Source: a virus
Virus record (IMG/VR): IMGVR_UViG_2619618997_000001
Coordinates: 1 to 39,846 of that record
Strand: one strand, 5' to 3'
Length of the DNA: 39,846 nt
A program made the position numbers and the translations under genes. The notes below the pieces were generated by a model. That model saw only the letters and a program-made list of their open reading frames with translations, was not told the origin of the DNA and searched no databases. This document shows positions 6,313-15,067 of the stretch, piece after piece. Position 1 is the stretch's first letter; each line of letters starts with the position of its first letter.

Positions 6313-6658
6313 CATCGAAGTAAGCTGGGATGCGCTTATGACGCCGACCGATCACGCGCTGGCGCACGCGCTGAGCATCCACCTGTTGAGCATTGCGCCC
6401 GAGGAAGGCTGGGAAACGGTTCTGCGCGACACGATGGAAAAATGTGTGACCGAACCGCGCAACATCATCCACCCCCATGCGCTGGCGCTGCGAAAGGCGG
6501 CCGACAGGATACTGAAAACGACGCCGGGCAGTGGCCCCCATCTGCGCGTTACACATGACGCCCGCCAGCAACTCATCACCTTTCACAAGTGGCGCATGGG
6601 GCTGTCGCTCGAACGCCGCAGCACCATCCACCAAGAGAAAATTGCAGCGGACAGCTGA
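6305..6658 (+). CDS. Hypothetical 117-aa early protein
   Basis: ORF in the track. Overlaps the upstream gene by 8 nt. Confidence 0.55.
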   Translation: MADIEVSWDALMTPTDHALAHALSIHLLSIAPEEGWETVLRDTMEKCVTEPRNIIHPHALALRKAADRILKTTPGSGPHLRVTHDARQQLITFHKWRMGLSLERRSTIHQEKIAADS

Positions 6659-6662
6659 CGAC

Positions 6663-7820
6663 ATGCCCCGCCAAACCTACAGCCTGGAAGAAATCAAGCA
6701 CATGCTCAACGACCGGGTTGAGGACGTGGCGGAGCATTACGCGCCCCCGCGCGGCGGCTGGTACAAGGCGCAGGGGCGTTACTTCACCTTGAACCCCGGC
6801 CGCGCGGATCGCACCGTCGGCAGCTTCTGCGTTCACCTGGCCGGCGCCAAGCGTGGCCGATGGAACGATTACGCTATTCGTGAGGGTGGCGACCTCATCG
6901 ACCTGATCGAGCTTAGCCTTGGCTGCACCCGTCGCGAGGCGTTGGCCGAGGCTCGCCGATTTCTGGGCCTGTCTACCCAAAACCCGGAAACCGAGGCGCA
7001 GCGAAAGGAACGCCAGCGCCGGCTGGACGTGCAGCGCCGGCAACGCGAGAGCGACGAGCGCGAGAAACAGGCCCGGAAATCGAAGGCCGCGCTGGCCATC
7101 TGGCTCAGTGGGCAAGAGCATCTGCGGGGCACGCCCGTCGACTACTACCTGAAAGGCCGCGGCATCGACTTGACCCGCTTGGGCCGTCAACCCGGCGCCC
7201 TGCGCTATCTGCCCGAGTGCAGCTACTACGACGAAGACCCGGAAACCGGGGAAGTGATCGAGGCGAAGCTGCCCGCGATGGCGGCGATCATCAGCAACGC
7301 TAAGGGCCAGCAGGTTGCGCTGCATCGCACCTATCTGGGCCTTGACGCGGCGGGGCAGTGGGCAAAGGCCGGCGTGCGCCAGCCCAAGAAGGTGCTGGGC
7401 CAGTATGGTGGCGCGGCCGTGAACCTTTGGCGCGGGATCGGCCCGCGCGGCGGTAAGCCCGCCAGCCTGCCCCAGTGCCCGAAGAATACCCACGTATTCG
7501 TCACCGAGGGGATCGAGGACGCGCTGTCGATGGTGCTGTTGAACCCCGAGGCGCGCGTGCTGGCGGCCGTCAGTCTGGGGAACCTGGCCCAGCTGCAGCT
7601 GCCTGAGAATGTCGCGCGCATCACGCTGGTCGCCGACCTCGATGAAAACGAGGACGCCCGCAAGGCGCTGCATCGCGCCATTGCCGCCCACCGCGCCAAG
7701 GGCCGGGACGTGCGCCTTTGGCAAAACTCGTTCGGCGGAAAGGATCTGAACGACGCGCTGAAACTGGCGCTGGTGAAAAAGGACGAGGACGAAGTCGGCA
7801 AGGAGGATGAAGACGCATGA
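6663..7820 (+). CDS. Toprim-domain protein, putative DNA primase
   Basis: Toprim Glu motif VFVTEGIEDALS and acidic motif LVADLDENED. In-frame ATG at 6663, just after the upstream stop. Confidence 0.65.
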   Translation: MPRQTYSLEEIKHMLNDRVEDVAEHYAPPRGGWYKAQGRYFTLNPGRADRTVGSFCVHLAGAKRGRWNDYAIREGGDLIDLIELSLGCTRREALAEARRFLGLSTQNPETEAQRKERQRRLDVQRRQRESDEREKQARKSKAALAIWLSGQEHLRGTPVDYYLKGRGIDLTRLGRQPGALRYLPECSYYDEDPETGEVIEAKLPAMAAIISNAKGQQVALHRTYLGLDAAGQWAKAGVRQPKKVLGQYGGAAVNLWRGIGPRGGKPASLPQCPKNTHVFVTEGIEDALSMVLLNPEARVLAAVSLGNLAQLQLPENVARITLVADLDENEDARKALHRAIAAHRAKGRDVRLWQNSFGGKDLNDALKLALVKKDEDEVGKEDEDA

Positions 7821-8524
7821 TCTTCAAGCACACATCATCGGAACCCGGTCTTTGGCGCGGCTGGCTGAAAAACGGCCAAAGCGTCGAAATCAGCACCTCG
7901 AAGCACGGCTGGGATTTTGGCGGCGGGGTCCATGTCCACTCGAACGACGAGGACAGGGGCGACAGGATGCTGTTCCTGAAGTTCTGGCGCCTGACCGTTG
8001 TTCTTCCGCTTGGCGTTATCGACCATCCCTGGCCGGCAATGGACGGTCCACAATGGTCTGCCTATGCGTCCAAGGAGTTTGGCCTGACGTTCCATTGGGG
8101 GTTGCGGCGCAAGTCGTTCGATTGGCCGTGGGACTGGCACACGCTGGCCTATGAAATGCAGCTACCCAAGCACGAAAAGCAAATTGGCCCAGACGATGAG
8201 GGCGCTTGGGTCGATGTCTTCAATCGCGAGGCCGAGCCCTACAAAGAGCATCACCCGTACACCTACACGTTGAAAAACGGAACGGTGCAAGAGCGGGTTG
8301 CCACGGTTTCAAAGCGCCGCCACGTCCTCACATGGCGAGCGTTCAAGTCTCTTGGCTGGCCTTTCTGGATCAAGGAAAGCATCGACGTCGAGTTTGACGG
8401 CGAGGTGGGCGAGCGCACGGGCTCATGGAAGGGCGGCACCATCGGTTGTGGGTATGATCTGCGCCCCGGCGAAACCATGCTCGACGCGTTGCGCCGAATG
8501 GAGGGGGAGCGGATTTTCCGATGA
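7817..8524 (+). CDS. Hypothetical Trp-rich protein (15 W in 235 aa)
   Basis: ATGA coupling at both ends. No recognisable motif. Confidence 0.6.
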   Translation: MIFKHTSSEPGLWRGWLKNGQSVEISTSKHGWDFGGGVHVHSNDEDRGDRMLFLKFWRLTVVLPLGVIDHPWPAMDGPQWSAYASKEFGLTFHWGLRRKSFDWPWDWHTLAYEMQLPKHEKQIGPDDEGAWVDVFNREAEPYKEHHPYTYTLKNGTVQERVATVSKRRHVLTWRAFKSLGWPFWIKESIDVEFDGEVGERTGSWKGGTIGCGYDLRPGETMLDALRRMEGERIFR

Positions 8525-8742
8525 CTGATGATCTGCCCCACGCCTCGACCTTGCAGGTAATGAACTGCACGCAGGATTGCCCCTGTCAGTCGGTGCATGT
8601 CTGGTTCTACGACGACGATGGAGAGCCATACGCCGCCGCCTGCTTGCTCCCCCACGTTGCGCGCAAGATCGCCCGCGACATGTCCGACGCAGCCGACCTG
8701 GCTGAGGCGGTGGCGTTGAAAAATGAGGGGCGGTTGTCATGA
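8521..8742 (+). CDS. Hypothetical 73-aa protein
   Basis: Coupled ATGA start and stop. Confidence 0.5.
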   Translation: MTDDLPHASTLQVMNCTQDCPCQSVHVWFYDDDGEPYAAACLLPHVARKIARDMSDAADLAEAVALKNEGRLS

Positions 8743-9026
8743 ACTTCCGCGTCGAAGCCAGCCCCGCCTCGGGCGACTGGGTGCTGTTCTTCGGCGCCGA
8801 CAGCTACCTCACCTATGACCATCTGGGTACGATCTGCAGCTTGCTCTGCGACCCAGTTGACTACGCCGATCGGTGGGAAGCCCAGAACATCGCCCGCAAG
8901 GCTGGTGCCATGACCAGGTTGCGAATGAACCGATCCTATTTCGGGACAGCCAACAGCGACCTTCGCAAATCTTACCTGGAACACCTGGCCATCGAGGCCA
9001 ATCGGATTGTCGCAAACGCGGCATGA
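8739..9026 (+). CDS. Hypothetical 95-aa protein
   Basis: Coupled ATGA start. Confidence 0.5.
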   Translation: MNFRVEASPASGDWVLFFGADSYLTYDHLGTICSLLCDPVDYADRWEAQNIARKAGAMTRLRMNRSYFGTANSDLRKSYLEHLAIEANRIVANAA

Positions 9027-9069
9027 CGCCGGACGCAAGAGCCGGGATTGAGGGACAGGCGAGGCAAAA

Positions 9070-10956
9070 ATGACAGACCTGAACAGGCCGACGGAAGCGG
9101 AGCTGGCCGACCAGCTCGCCAATGCGCCAGAGGCGCCCGGCGCCGAGAATGGCGACGATGGCGGAGGGCAGGGCCGCCGGCGCCGGGAAATCTTCGACGA
9201 TTGCCCAGTTACCCCCTTGGGCGTGAATGGCGACTTTGCCTATTTCCTCGATGTGAATGGGCAGATGCGACGCTCGAAGGAAATCAAGGTGCAGTTTCTG
9301 CAGAGCATCTTTGGCCACCAGATCAACAAGCTTCGCTGGAATTTTCCGATCTGGATCAACACGGCCGAGAAGGGCGACCCGGCCGTTTGGGACCGCGATC
9401 CGAAGAAGATCGACCATGCCTTTGCGTCGATGGTGCTATGGGAGGCCGCGAGCGAATGCGGCGTATTCAACCCCGACAACAGCGTTCGCGGCGTTGGTGC
9501 ATGGGCCGACGACGACGGGGCCTTAGTGTACCACATGGGCGACAAGGTGCTGCACCAGGGCGAGTTGCGCGCGCCTGGGCGGATCGACGGCCGCATCTAT
9601 CCGGCCGCCTCGCCCATCCCGCACCCTGCTATGGGCGACAGTTTCGCCGATCCTGCCCCGCCCATTCGGGAAGCCTTGGAAAGCTGGAACTGGACCCAGC
9701 CGGCGCTGCATACGCAGGCGGCGCTTGGTTTGCTGGGCGTGCAGATGCTGGGCGGCGCTCTCGACTGGCGCCCGGTGTTCTGGTTGCTGGCGCCGGCCGC
9801 GTCGGGCAAGTCGGAGTTTCAGAAGCTCTTGCGCTACCTGCACGGCGACGACGGCCTTGTACAATCGACGGACGCCACGAAAAGCGGGATCACAAGCCAG
9901 CTCGGACATTCCAGCCGCCCCGTTGCCGTTGACGAGCTCGAACCCGGCGACGAGCGCAGCACCAAGGAACGCGACATCATCATGTTGGCCCGTGTCGCCG
10001 CCAGTGGTGGCCAATGGTTCAGGGGTAGCGCGGATCAAAGCGGCGTCGGCGGGAAGGTGTATAGCGCGTTCCTGTTTTCCTCGATACTCATTCCCGGCGT
10101 CATGAAATCGCAGGACGTGCAGCGCCTCATTCGCTTGGAAATGAACCCGTTGCAGAAGGGCGCCAAGGGTCTGGGGCTCGACCCCCGCACATGGCGCGCC
10201 CGTGGCGCCCGTCTTAAAGCCTTGCTTATCCGAAGGTGGCCCGGCTGGCCCGAGCGGCTGGCCCAGTGGCGCCACAGCTTGGAGGCCGCCGGCGTCACCG
10301 GCCGCGATGCGGACAACTGGGCAACTGTCATGGCAATGGCCGACATGGCCGAGGCCGACGACGTGGCGCCCGAGGATGCCCGCGCCAACTGGGCAAAGAA
10401 GGTCGCATTCCAAGTGAACGCCGACCGCAGCGACACGACCAACGACGCCGAGGCCATGTTGCTGCGCCTGATGTCGCAGGTGTTCGACCCGTGGCGGAAG
10501 GGTCAGCGCTACACGATTGCGCAATGGGTTATGGCCGCGGCAGGTTTGCCGGCCGCGCCGGATGGATTGAAGCAGCAGCTGTATTCGGGCGACGATAAGG
10601 GCAATTACGAAAAGCGCGAGCGCCAGAAGATTGCAAACCAGATGCTCGCCAGCGTCGGTTTGCGCGTCTACGACGACAAGCAGCACGGCGCCCGCCTGTT
10701 CATCATGAATAAGCCGGTGCAGGGCCTCAGGGAGCTATTCCACGGCTCGGACTGGGCCGATGGCGTTTGGCAGCAGTCGGCAAAGCGTGTGCCCGAAGCG
10801 ATGCCGTCAGACAGCGCCAACACGTTGGCCGGCATCACATCGCGCGGCGTCTATATGCCGTTGAAATCCATTCCGGGCCTGTTGTCCCTGCCGATGGATC
10901 ACGCGCGCGAAGACGGCGCCCCGCCACCCTCCGACGATCTGGAAGATTTCAAATGA
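9070..10956 (+). CDS. P-loop NTPase, putative replicative (P4/D5-like) helicase
   Basis: Walker A LLAPAASGKSEF and Walker B RPVAVDELEP. 628 aa. Lies downstream of the primase-like gene. Confidence 0.6.
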   Translation: MTDLNRPTEAELADQLANAPEAPGAENGDDGGGQGRRRREIFDDCPVTPLGVNGDFAYFLDVNGQMRRSKEIKVQFLQSIFGHQINKLRWNFPIWINTAEKGDPAVWDRDPKKIDHAFASMVLWEAASECGVFNPDNSVRGVGAWADDDGALVYHMGDKVLHQGELRAPGRIDGRIYPAASPIPHPAMGDSFADPAPPIREALESWNWTQPALHTQAALGLLGVQMLGGALDWRPVFWLLAPAASGKSEFQKLLRYLHGDDGLVQSTDATKSGITSQLGHSSRPVAVDELEPGDERSTKERDIIMLARVAASGGQWFRGSADQSGVGGKVYSAFLFSSILIPGVMKSQDVQRLIRLEMNPLQKGAKGLGLDPRTWRARGARLKALLIRRWPGWPERLAQWRHSLEAAGVTGRDADNWATVMAMADMAEADDVAPEDARANWAKKVAFQVNADRSDTTNDAEAMLLRLMSQVFDPWRKGQRYTIAQWVMAAAGLPAAPDGLKQQLYSGDDKGNYEKRERQKIANQMLASVGLRVYDDKQHGARLFIMNKPVQGLRELFHGSDWADGVWQQSAKRVPEAMPSDSANTLAGITSRGVYMPLKSIPGLLSLPMDHAREDGAPPPSDDLEDFK

Positions 10957-11066
10957 CGCCCGCACCCTGTAACCCACTGGAAATCCGTCTTTCTTCGCGC
11001 TTTCCCCGCACCCGGTCTTATGCCATGATTAACGCGGTTCAGGGCCGCGCAGCGACGGGTGCGGGT

Positions 11067-11337
11067 CACAACGCCACAACAAAACGAACACCCCCTGTTG
11101 TGGCCTCTGTTGTGGGCGAAAAACCCACGAAAACAAACACTTATCAAATTCCACAACGCCACAACGCGGAAATGCGCCCCCCTACATGTGCGCGCACGCC
11201 CGCGCGCGCGCACGATTATCTATCTATCTATATCCGTTGTGCCGTTGTGGATATATACTATCTATCTGAAATCATTGCCCTTTTGCCCACAACGCAAGCC
11301 ACAACAGGCCCTGAAATCCGTTGTGGCGCCGTTGTGG
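11067..11337. repeat. Array of 12 CCACAAC/GTTGTGG heptamers in 6 dyads of alternating orientation, flanking an alternating-GC palindrome and (TATC)n AT-rich tracts; candidate ori or cos/pac
   Basis: Dyads at 11067-11080 (+), 11097-11115 (-), 11151-11165 (+), 11236-11250 (-), 11287-11305 (+) and 11320-11337 (-). GTGCGCGCAC lies at 11188-11197, a CG run to 11213, a TATC repeat at 11217-11234 and an AT-rich tract at 11251-11276. Confidence 0.7.
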
Positions 11338-11379
11338 CTTGGCCTAACCCTCTGAAAAACAATAAAAAAGGGGGTTTTT

Positions 11380-12075
11380 ATGCCGAAAGCTGACCACCAA
11401 TGGCAGAAGGAAGCCCGCGAAGCGGCTGAGCGGATCGAGCGGCAGCGCGATATGGGCCATCAGCTGACCTTCCTGCCCGACGAGCGGCCCGAGGGCGTTC
11501 CGGGCGAGGCCGAGCAGGTCGACGCGCCCCAGCAGATCGGCCGGCCGAAGGGTGCGAAGAACAAGGGCAGCTCGCAGCTGCGCGAGTGGCTGGCCTCGAA
11601 GGGTTGCCGCATGCCCGAGGACGTGGTGGCCGAGGTCGCGGGGCTGCGCAGCCGGGATGACGCCATCACGCTGGCGATGGAGCGCACCGAGCGCATCCTG
11701 GCATGGGCTTACGATGGCGCCGCCAAGGTGAAGGGATCACCGGACAAGGCGACACCCACACAGCGGCTGAGCGTGTTCGAGGGGCAATATGCCACGATCC
11801 TGCGCGCGGCCGAGGCGATCTTGCCCTATGTCGCCGCCAAGGCGGCCGGCAACGAGGATAGCCGGCCGCCGGTCTTTGTCGTCATGCCCGGCGCCCAGTC
11901 AGCGCCCGCCGATCCGGCCGCCAGCGCCCGCAATGTGACGCCGCAACCCGCCCGAAATCCAAACTGGATGATGCCTGCGGACGTGGCGGCAGAAAATGAG
12001 CGAAAACAACAGCTTAGCGAAACCGAAAACGGTAATTCGGACGCTGAAAATCGGACGGATGAGGCAAGCGATTGA
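11380..12075 (+). CDS. Putative terminase small subunit
   Basis: Call based on position immediately upstream of terL, its size (231 aa) and its charged/basic N-terminal part. SD AAGGGGG. No motif-level proof. Confidence 0.45.
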   Translation: MPKADHQWQKEAREAAERIERQRDMGHQLTFLPDERPEGVPGEAEQVDAPQQIGRPKGAKNKGSSQLREWLASKGCRMPEDVVAEVAGLRSRDDAITLAMERTERILAWAYDGAAKVKGSPDKATPTQRLSVFEGQYATILRAAEAILPYVAAKAAGNEDSRPPVFVVMPGAQSAPADPAASARNVTPQPARNPNWMMPADVAAENERKQQLSETENGNSDAENRTDEASD

Positions 12076-12265
12076 AAACACTGGCAAAAATACCGTCGTG
12101 CCTACTGATTGAAAATCAGTCGGACAGTCGCGCCCTCGCGCCATCGCGGTCGCCCGCGCCGGCGCGCAATTCGCGCGCGACCCCCCGGGGGGGGATGCCC
12201 GCCCGGTTCCTACTGCCCCTGGCTCCGACCCCATTGATGAATTTAGGGCAACCGGAGGTTCGGAA

Positions 12266-14068
12266 ATGCGCGTAACACCTGACATGCGGCAATGGGGTCG
12301 GGGGAGCGTCTTGACGATGCCCGACACGGGGTCGGGGGCAGCATCGGGTGGCGGCGCGGACTGGGGAAGTCTGAGCGCGAAAGAGGCACTGGCGAGCTTA
12401 GACGGCGAGTTTGCCACTGGCAACCCCCTCGATGACCTGCAGGAACCTACATTCCCGGGGCCGTTGGCGATGGAGTTCTACGCCTCCGATGCCGACGTGC
12501 ATTTCATCCAAGGCCCGGTGGGCAGCGGGAAAACCACGACGCTGATGAAATCGCGCCTTCGCCGGGCCGTGATGATGCCCCGCTCGGTGCTCGACGGGGT
12601 GCGGCGCTACAAGGTGCTGTTCATCCGCGAAACCTACCGGCAGCTGTGGTCCACCAGCATTCCAAGCTATCTCGAAGTCTTCCCCAAAGAGCTTGGCACG
12701 TGGTCTGGCGGCCGCGGCGATCCTGTCACCCACGTAATCGAGTTCGAGGACGATTACGGAAAGATCGAATTCATCGCCGAGTTCATGGCCTTCGGCGACA
12801 ACATCATCGCCTCGATGCGGGGCGTTCAAACGACCGACATCGTGATGAACGAAGGCGATACCATGCCCGTCGACGTTCTGACCGTCGGTATCGGCCGGAT
12901 CGACCGCTGGCCCGGCCGGCAGCACTTCGCGGGCCTGCCGCCGCAGCTGCGCAGCTACGGCCAGGTCGTGGGCGACATGAACGCGCCCGAGGAAGACAAC
13001 TGGACGCATGACATTTTCCACAACGAGGAAAAGCGCAAGGAGCTGACCGGCGAGCTGACCAAGGCGATGGAACAGGACGAAATGGCGGCCGCCAAACGCG
13101 AGGGACGGGAGCCCGGCCAGGTCCGACCGATCATCATCGACTTCACCAACCAGCCGGGTTTCGGTGAGGCAGGATGCGAAAACCTGCAGAACCTTTCCCC
13201 AGGCTATTATCCCCGCCAGATCGCCACGATGAAGGCCAGCGGCCGGGGCGATATGGTGCAGCGCCTTGTCTACAACAAGGTCACGAACATGCGGGTCGGG
13301 GAACCCGTCTTTTTGCGCGAGTTCAGCCGGCGCCTGCATGTCGCCGAGGCAACCATTCAACCAGATCCTCGCCTTCCGCTTCTGGTCGGGCTCGACCAAG
13401 GCTTCAAGGGTGCGGCTGTCGTGGCTCAACTGGCCGATTGGATGCGCTGGCGTATCCTGGGCGAGCTGCACTTCCCGAAAGAACGCCTGATGGCGCATGT
13501 GTTCGGCCAGCGCTTGGCCGCCATGATCGAGGACCGCTGGCCCGGGCTTGGCATCGAGGCCGGCTGGGGCGACATGGCCGGCGAGCATGGTTCAAGCACC
13601 GCCGCGGAAGAAAACGACACTTGGAACCTGTTGGTCGGTCGCGCGGCGGGGTTCATCATCCGCCCGCAGACCATTGGCACAAACCGCATTCAGCCGAGGC
13701 TCGAAGCCGTGCGCGCGGCGTTGGAAGCCCCCATCGAGGCGGGGCAGCCCGGCCTGTTGGTCGACCCCAGCTGCAAATTCCTGATCCGGGGCTTTGAGGC
13801 TCGGTACGTCTGGAAAGATGAAACCGATCGCCACGGTGACAAGCGCAAGGTTCCCGAAAAGGAATACACCGAGGCCAACGTCATGGACGCGCTGCAGTAC
13901 CTGCTTTTGGGTCAGCACCGCGCGGATGGCTTGAGCCCGTACATGGACCGGATGGACGACAAGAGACGTGGCCAGATGGGCCACAATGGCGGGCCGCCCT
14001 TGTCGGACAGAAACAGCGGCCTGTCGTTCCGACACGATGTCACTGACCCCTATGGAGGATTACTATGA
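12266..14068 (+). CDS. terL: Terminase large subunit
   Basis: Walker A FIQGPVGSGKTTTL near the N-terminus. 600 aa. GGAGG with a 6-nt spacer. Lies upstream of the portal. Confidence 0.8.
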   Translation: MRVTPDMRQWGRGSVLTMPDTGSGAASGGGADWGSLSAKEALASLDGEFATGNPLDDLQEPTFPGPLAMEFYASDADVHFIQGPVGSGKTTTLMKSRLRRAVMMPRSVLDGVRRYKVLFIRETYRQLWSTSIPSYLEVFPKELGTWSGGRGDPVTHVIEFEDDYGKIEFIAEFMAFGDNIIASMRGVQTTDIVMNEGDTMPVDVLTVGIGRIDRWPGRQHFAGLPPQLRSYGQVVGDMNAPEEDNWTHDIFHNEEKRKELTGELTKAMEQDEMAAAKREGREPGQVRPIIIDFTNQPGFGEAGCENLQNLSPGYYPRQIATMKASGRGDMVQRLVYNKVTNMRVGEPVFLREFSRRLHVAEATIQPDPRLPLLVGLDQGFKGAAVVAQLADWMRWRILGELHFPKERLMAHVFGQRLAAMIEDRWPGLGIEAGWGDMAGEHGSSTAAEENDTWNLLVGRAAGFIIRPQTIGTNRIQPRLEAVRAALEAPIEAGQPGLLVDPSCKFLIRGFEARYVWKDETDRHGDKRKVPEKEYTEANVMDALQYLLLGQHRADGLSPYMDRMDDKRRGQMGHNGGPPLSDRNSGLSFRHDVTDPYGGLL

Positions 14069-14358
14069 CCAAGACCAAGGCCAAGCCGGCCGGGAAGAAG
14101 ACGTTTTCCGGGCCGCAACTGAAGCGCTTCGCGAGCATCGCCGCGCAGATCGCCGAGTTCAATCACGAAATCCCGCAGTGGTTCATTCAGCAGCTGAAGG
14201 ATGATCACGGCATGACCCTCAACGAGAGCCCGAAGGGCAGCGGCCGCTGGGTGGCAACCATCGGTGGCCTGAAAACCCGGCCGCAAAGCACCCGGCAGAT
14301 GGCCCTGAAAATCTGGGCGAACAAGGCCCGGCGCGCCGTCGCCGCGGCGGAGGGCTGA
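14065..14358 (+). CDS. Hypothetical 97-aa protein with a Lys-rich N-terminus
   Basis: ATGA overlap with the terL stop. GGAGG upstream. Confidence 0.5.
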   Translation: MTKTKAKPAGKKTFSGPQLKRFASIAAQIAEFNHEIPQWFIQQLKDDHGMTLNESPKGSGRWVATIGGLKTRPQSTRQMALKIWANKARRAVAAAEG

Positions 14359-14364
14359 CCACGC

Positions 14365-14877
14365 ATGATCGAGCTTGCCCCCTTCGACAATCTCGCCGGC
14401 ATGGCCGTCTTGAGCCACCTCGATGTGAATGACCACATTGAGGCCCAGCTTGTGCGCGGCCGTGCGGCGGATCACCTTGACATTTTCTGCGATTGGCGCG
14501 GAATACAGGCGCACGCGCTTCTATCGCTCGTGGTCAAGGACGAAAGCCGGGGGGGCAAGCCCTTCGCCGTGTTGGCGGTCTCCCATACCGGGCAGGCTGG
14601 CGTGGCACAGGCAGCCTTTCTTTCGCGAAATCATCTCACCTTCCGTCGCGCGCTGGCCAGGGCCGGCACCCGCATCAGAGCTGAAATGCCGGGCTTCTGC
14701 GATCAATGGGGCGTGCGTCGCATCGAGGCCCGATGCTGGAAAGATCACCCCACGGCGCCCGCCTTCCTGCGCCACTGCGGTTTTGTCCGCGAAGCCGACA
14801 TGCCCGGTTTCGGGAATGACGGCCGCACCGTCTTCACTCAATTCGCGTGGATCAACCCCAACCGACAAGGATCGTAA
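14365..14877 (+). CDS. Hypothetical protein with GNAT-acetyltransferase-like C-terminal pattern
   Basis: RRIEARCWKDHPTAPAFLRHCGFVREADMPGFGNDGRTVFTQFAW resembles the GNAT pattern (ri-x-a-x-v...N-x-x-A-x-x-f-x-x-x-GF-x-x-E). By eye only. Confidence 0.4.
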   Translation: MIELAPFDNLAGMAVLSHLDVNDHIEAQLVRGRAADHLDIFCDWRGIQAHALLSLVVKDESRGGKPFAVLAVSHTGQAGVAQAAFLSRNHLTFRRALARAGTRIRAEMPGFCDQWGVRRIEARCWKDHPTAPAFLRHCGFVREADMPGFGNDGRTVFTQFAWINPNRQGS

Positions 14878-14881
14878 GACC

Positions 14882-15067
14882 ATGTGTATCTTCAAAAAAC
14901 CGAAAGTGCCCAGCACGCCCATTCTCGCCAACCAGTCAAGCCAGGAGGAAAGCGCGGCGGCCGATGCCGAGGCCCTTCTGCGCCGCCGGCGCGGTGGGGC
15001 CGCCAATGCGGTGCTGACCAGCGCGCGCGGCATCCCGTCCACCCGTCAACTGGGAGCACCGGCATGA
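14882..15067 (+). CDS. Small 61-aa protein (MCIFKKPKVPS...RRRRGGAANAVLTS...)
   Basis: In-frame ATG inside track ORF 14429-15067. Its stop overlaps the portal ATG (ATGA). Confidence 0.45.
   Translation: MCIFKKPKVPSTPILANQSSQEESAAADAEALLRRRRGGAANAVLTSARGIPSTRQLGAPA

Noticed and set aside
11067-11337. Could the heptamer dyads, or the TCTACA array at 37885-37978, be a CRISPR array?
   Set aside because: The repeats are only 6-7 nt, occur in both orientations and have irregular spacing. There are no 25-40 nt repeat/spacer units and no cas genes.
10767-11393. 208-aa track ORF spanning the heptamer array
   Set aside because: It overlaps the helicase-like gene's 3' end. Its sequence is dictated by the CCACAAC/GTTGTGG repeats and AT-rich tracts, and it has no SD. 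I treat it as non-coding.
12181-12194. CCCCCCGGGGGGGG palindrome as a terminator
   Set aside because: No T-run follows and it lies between two genes expected to be co-expressed. I kept it only as part of the spacer observation.
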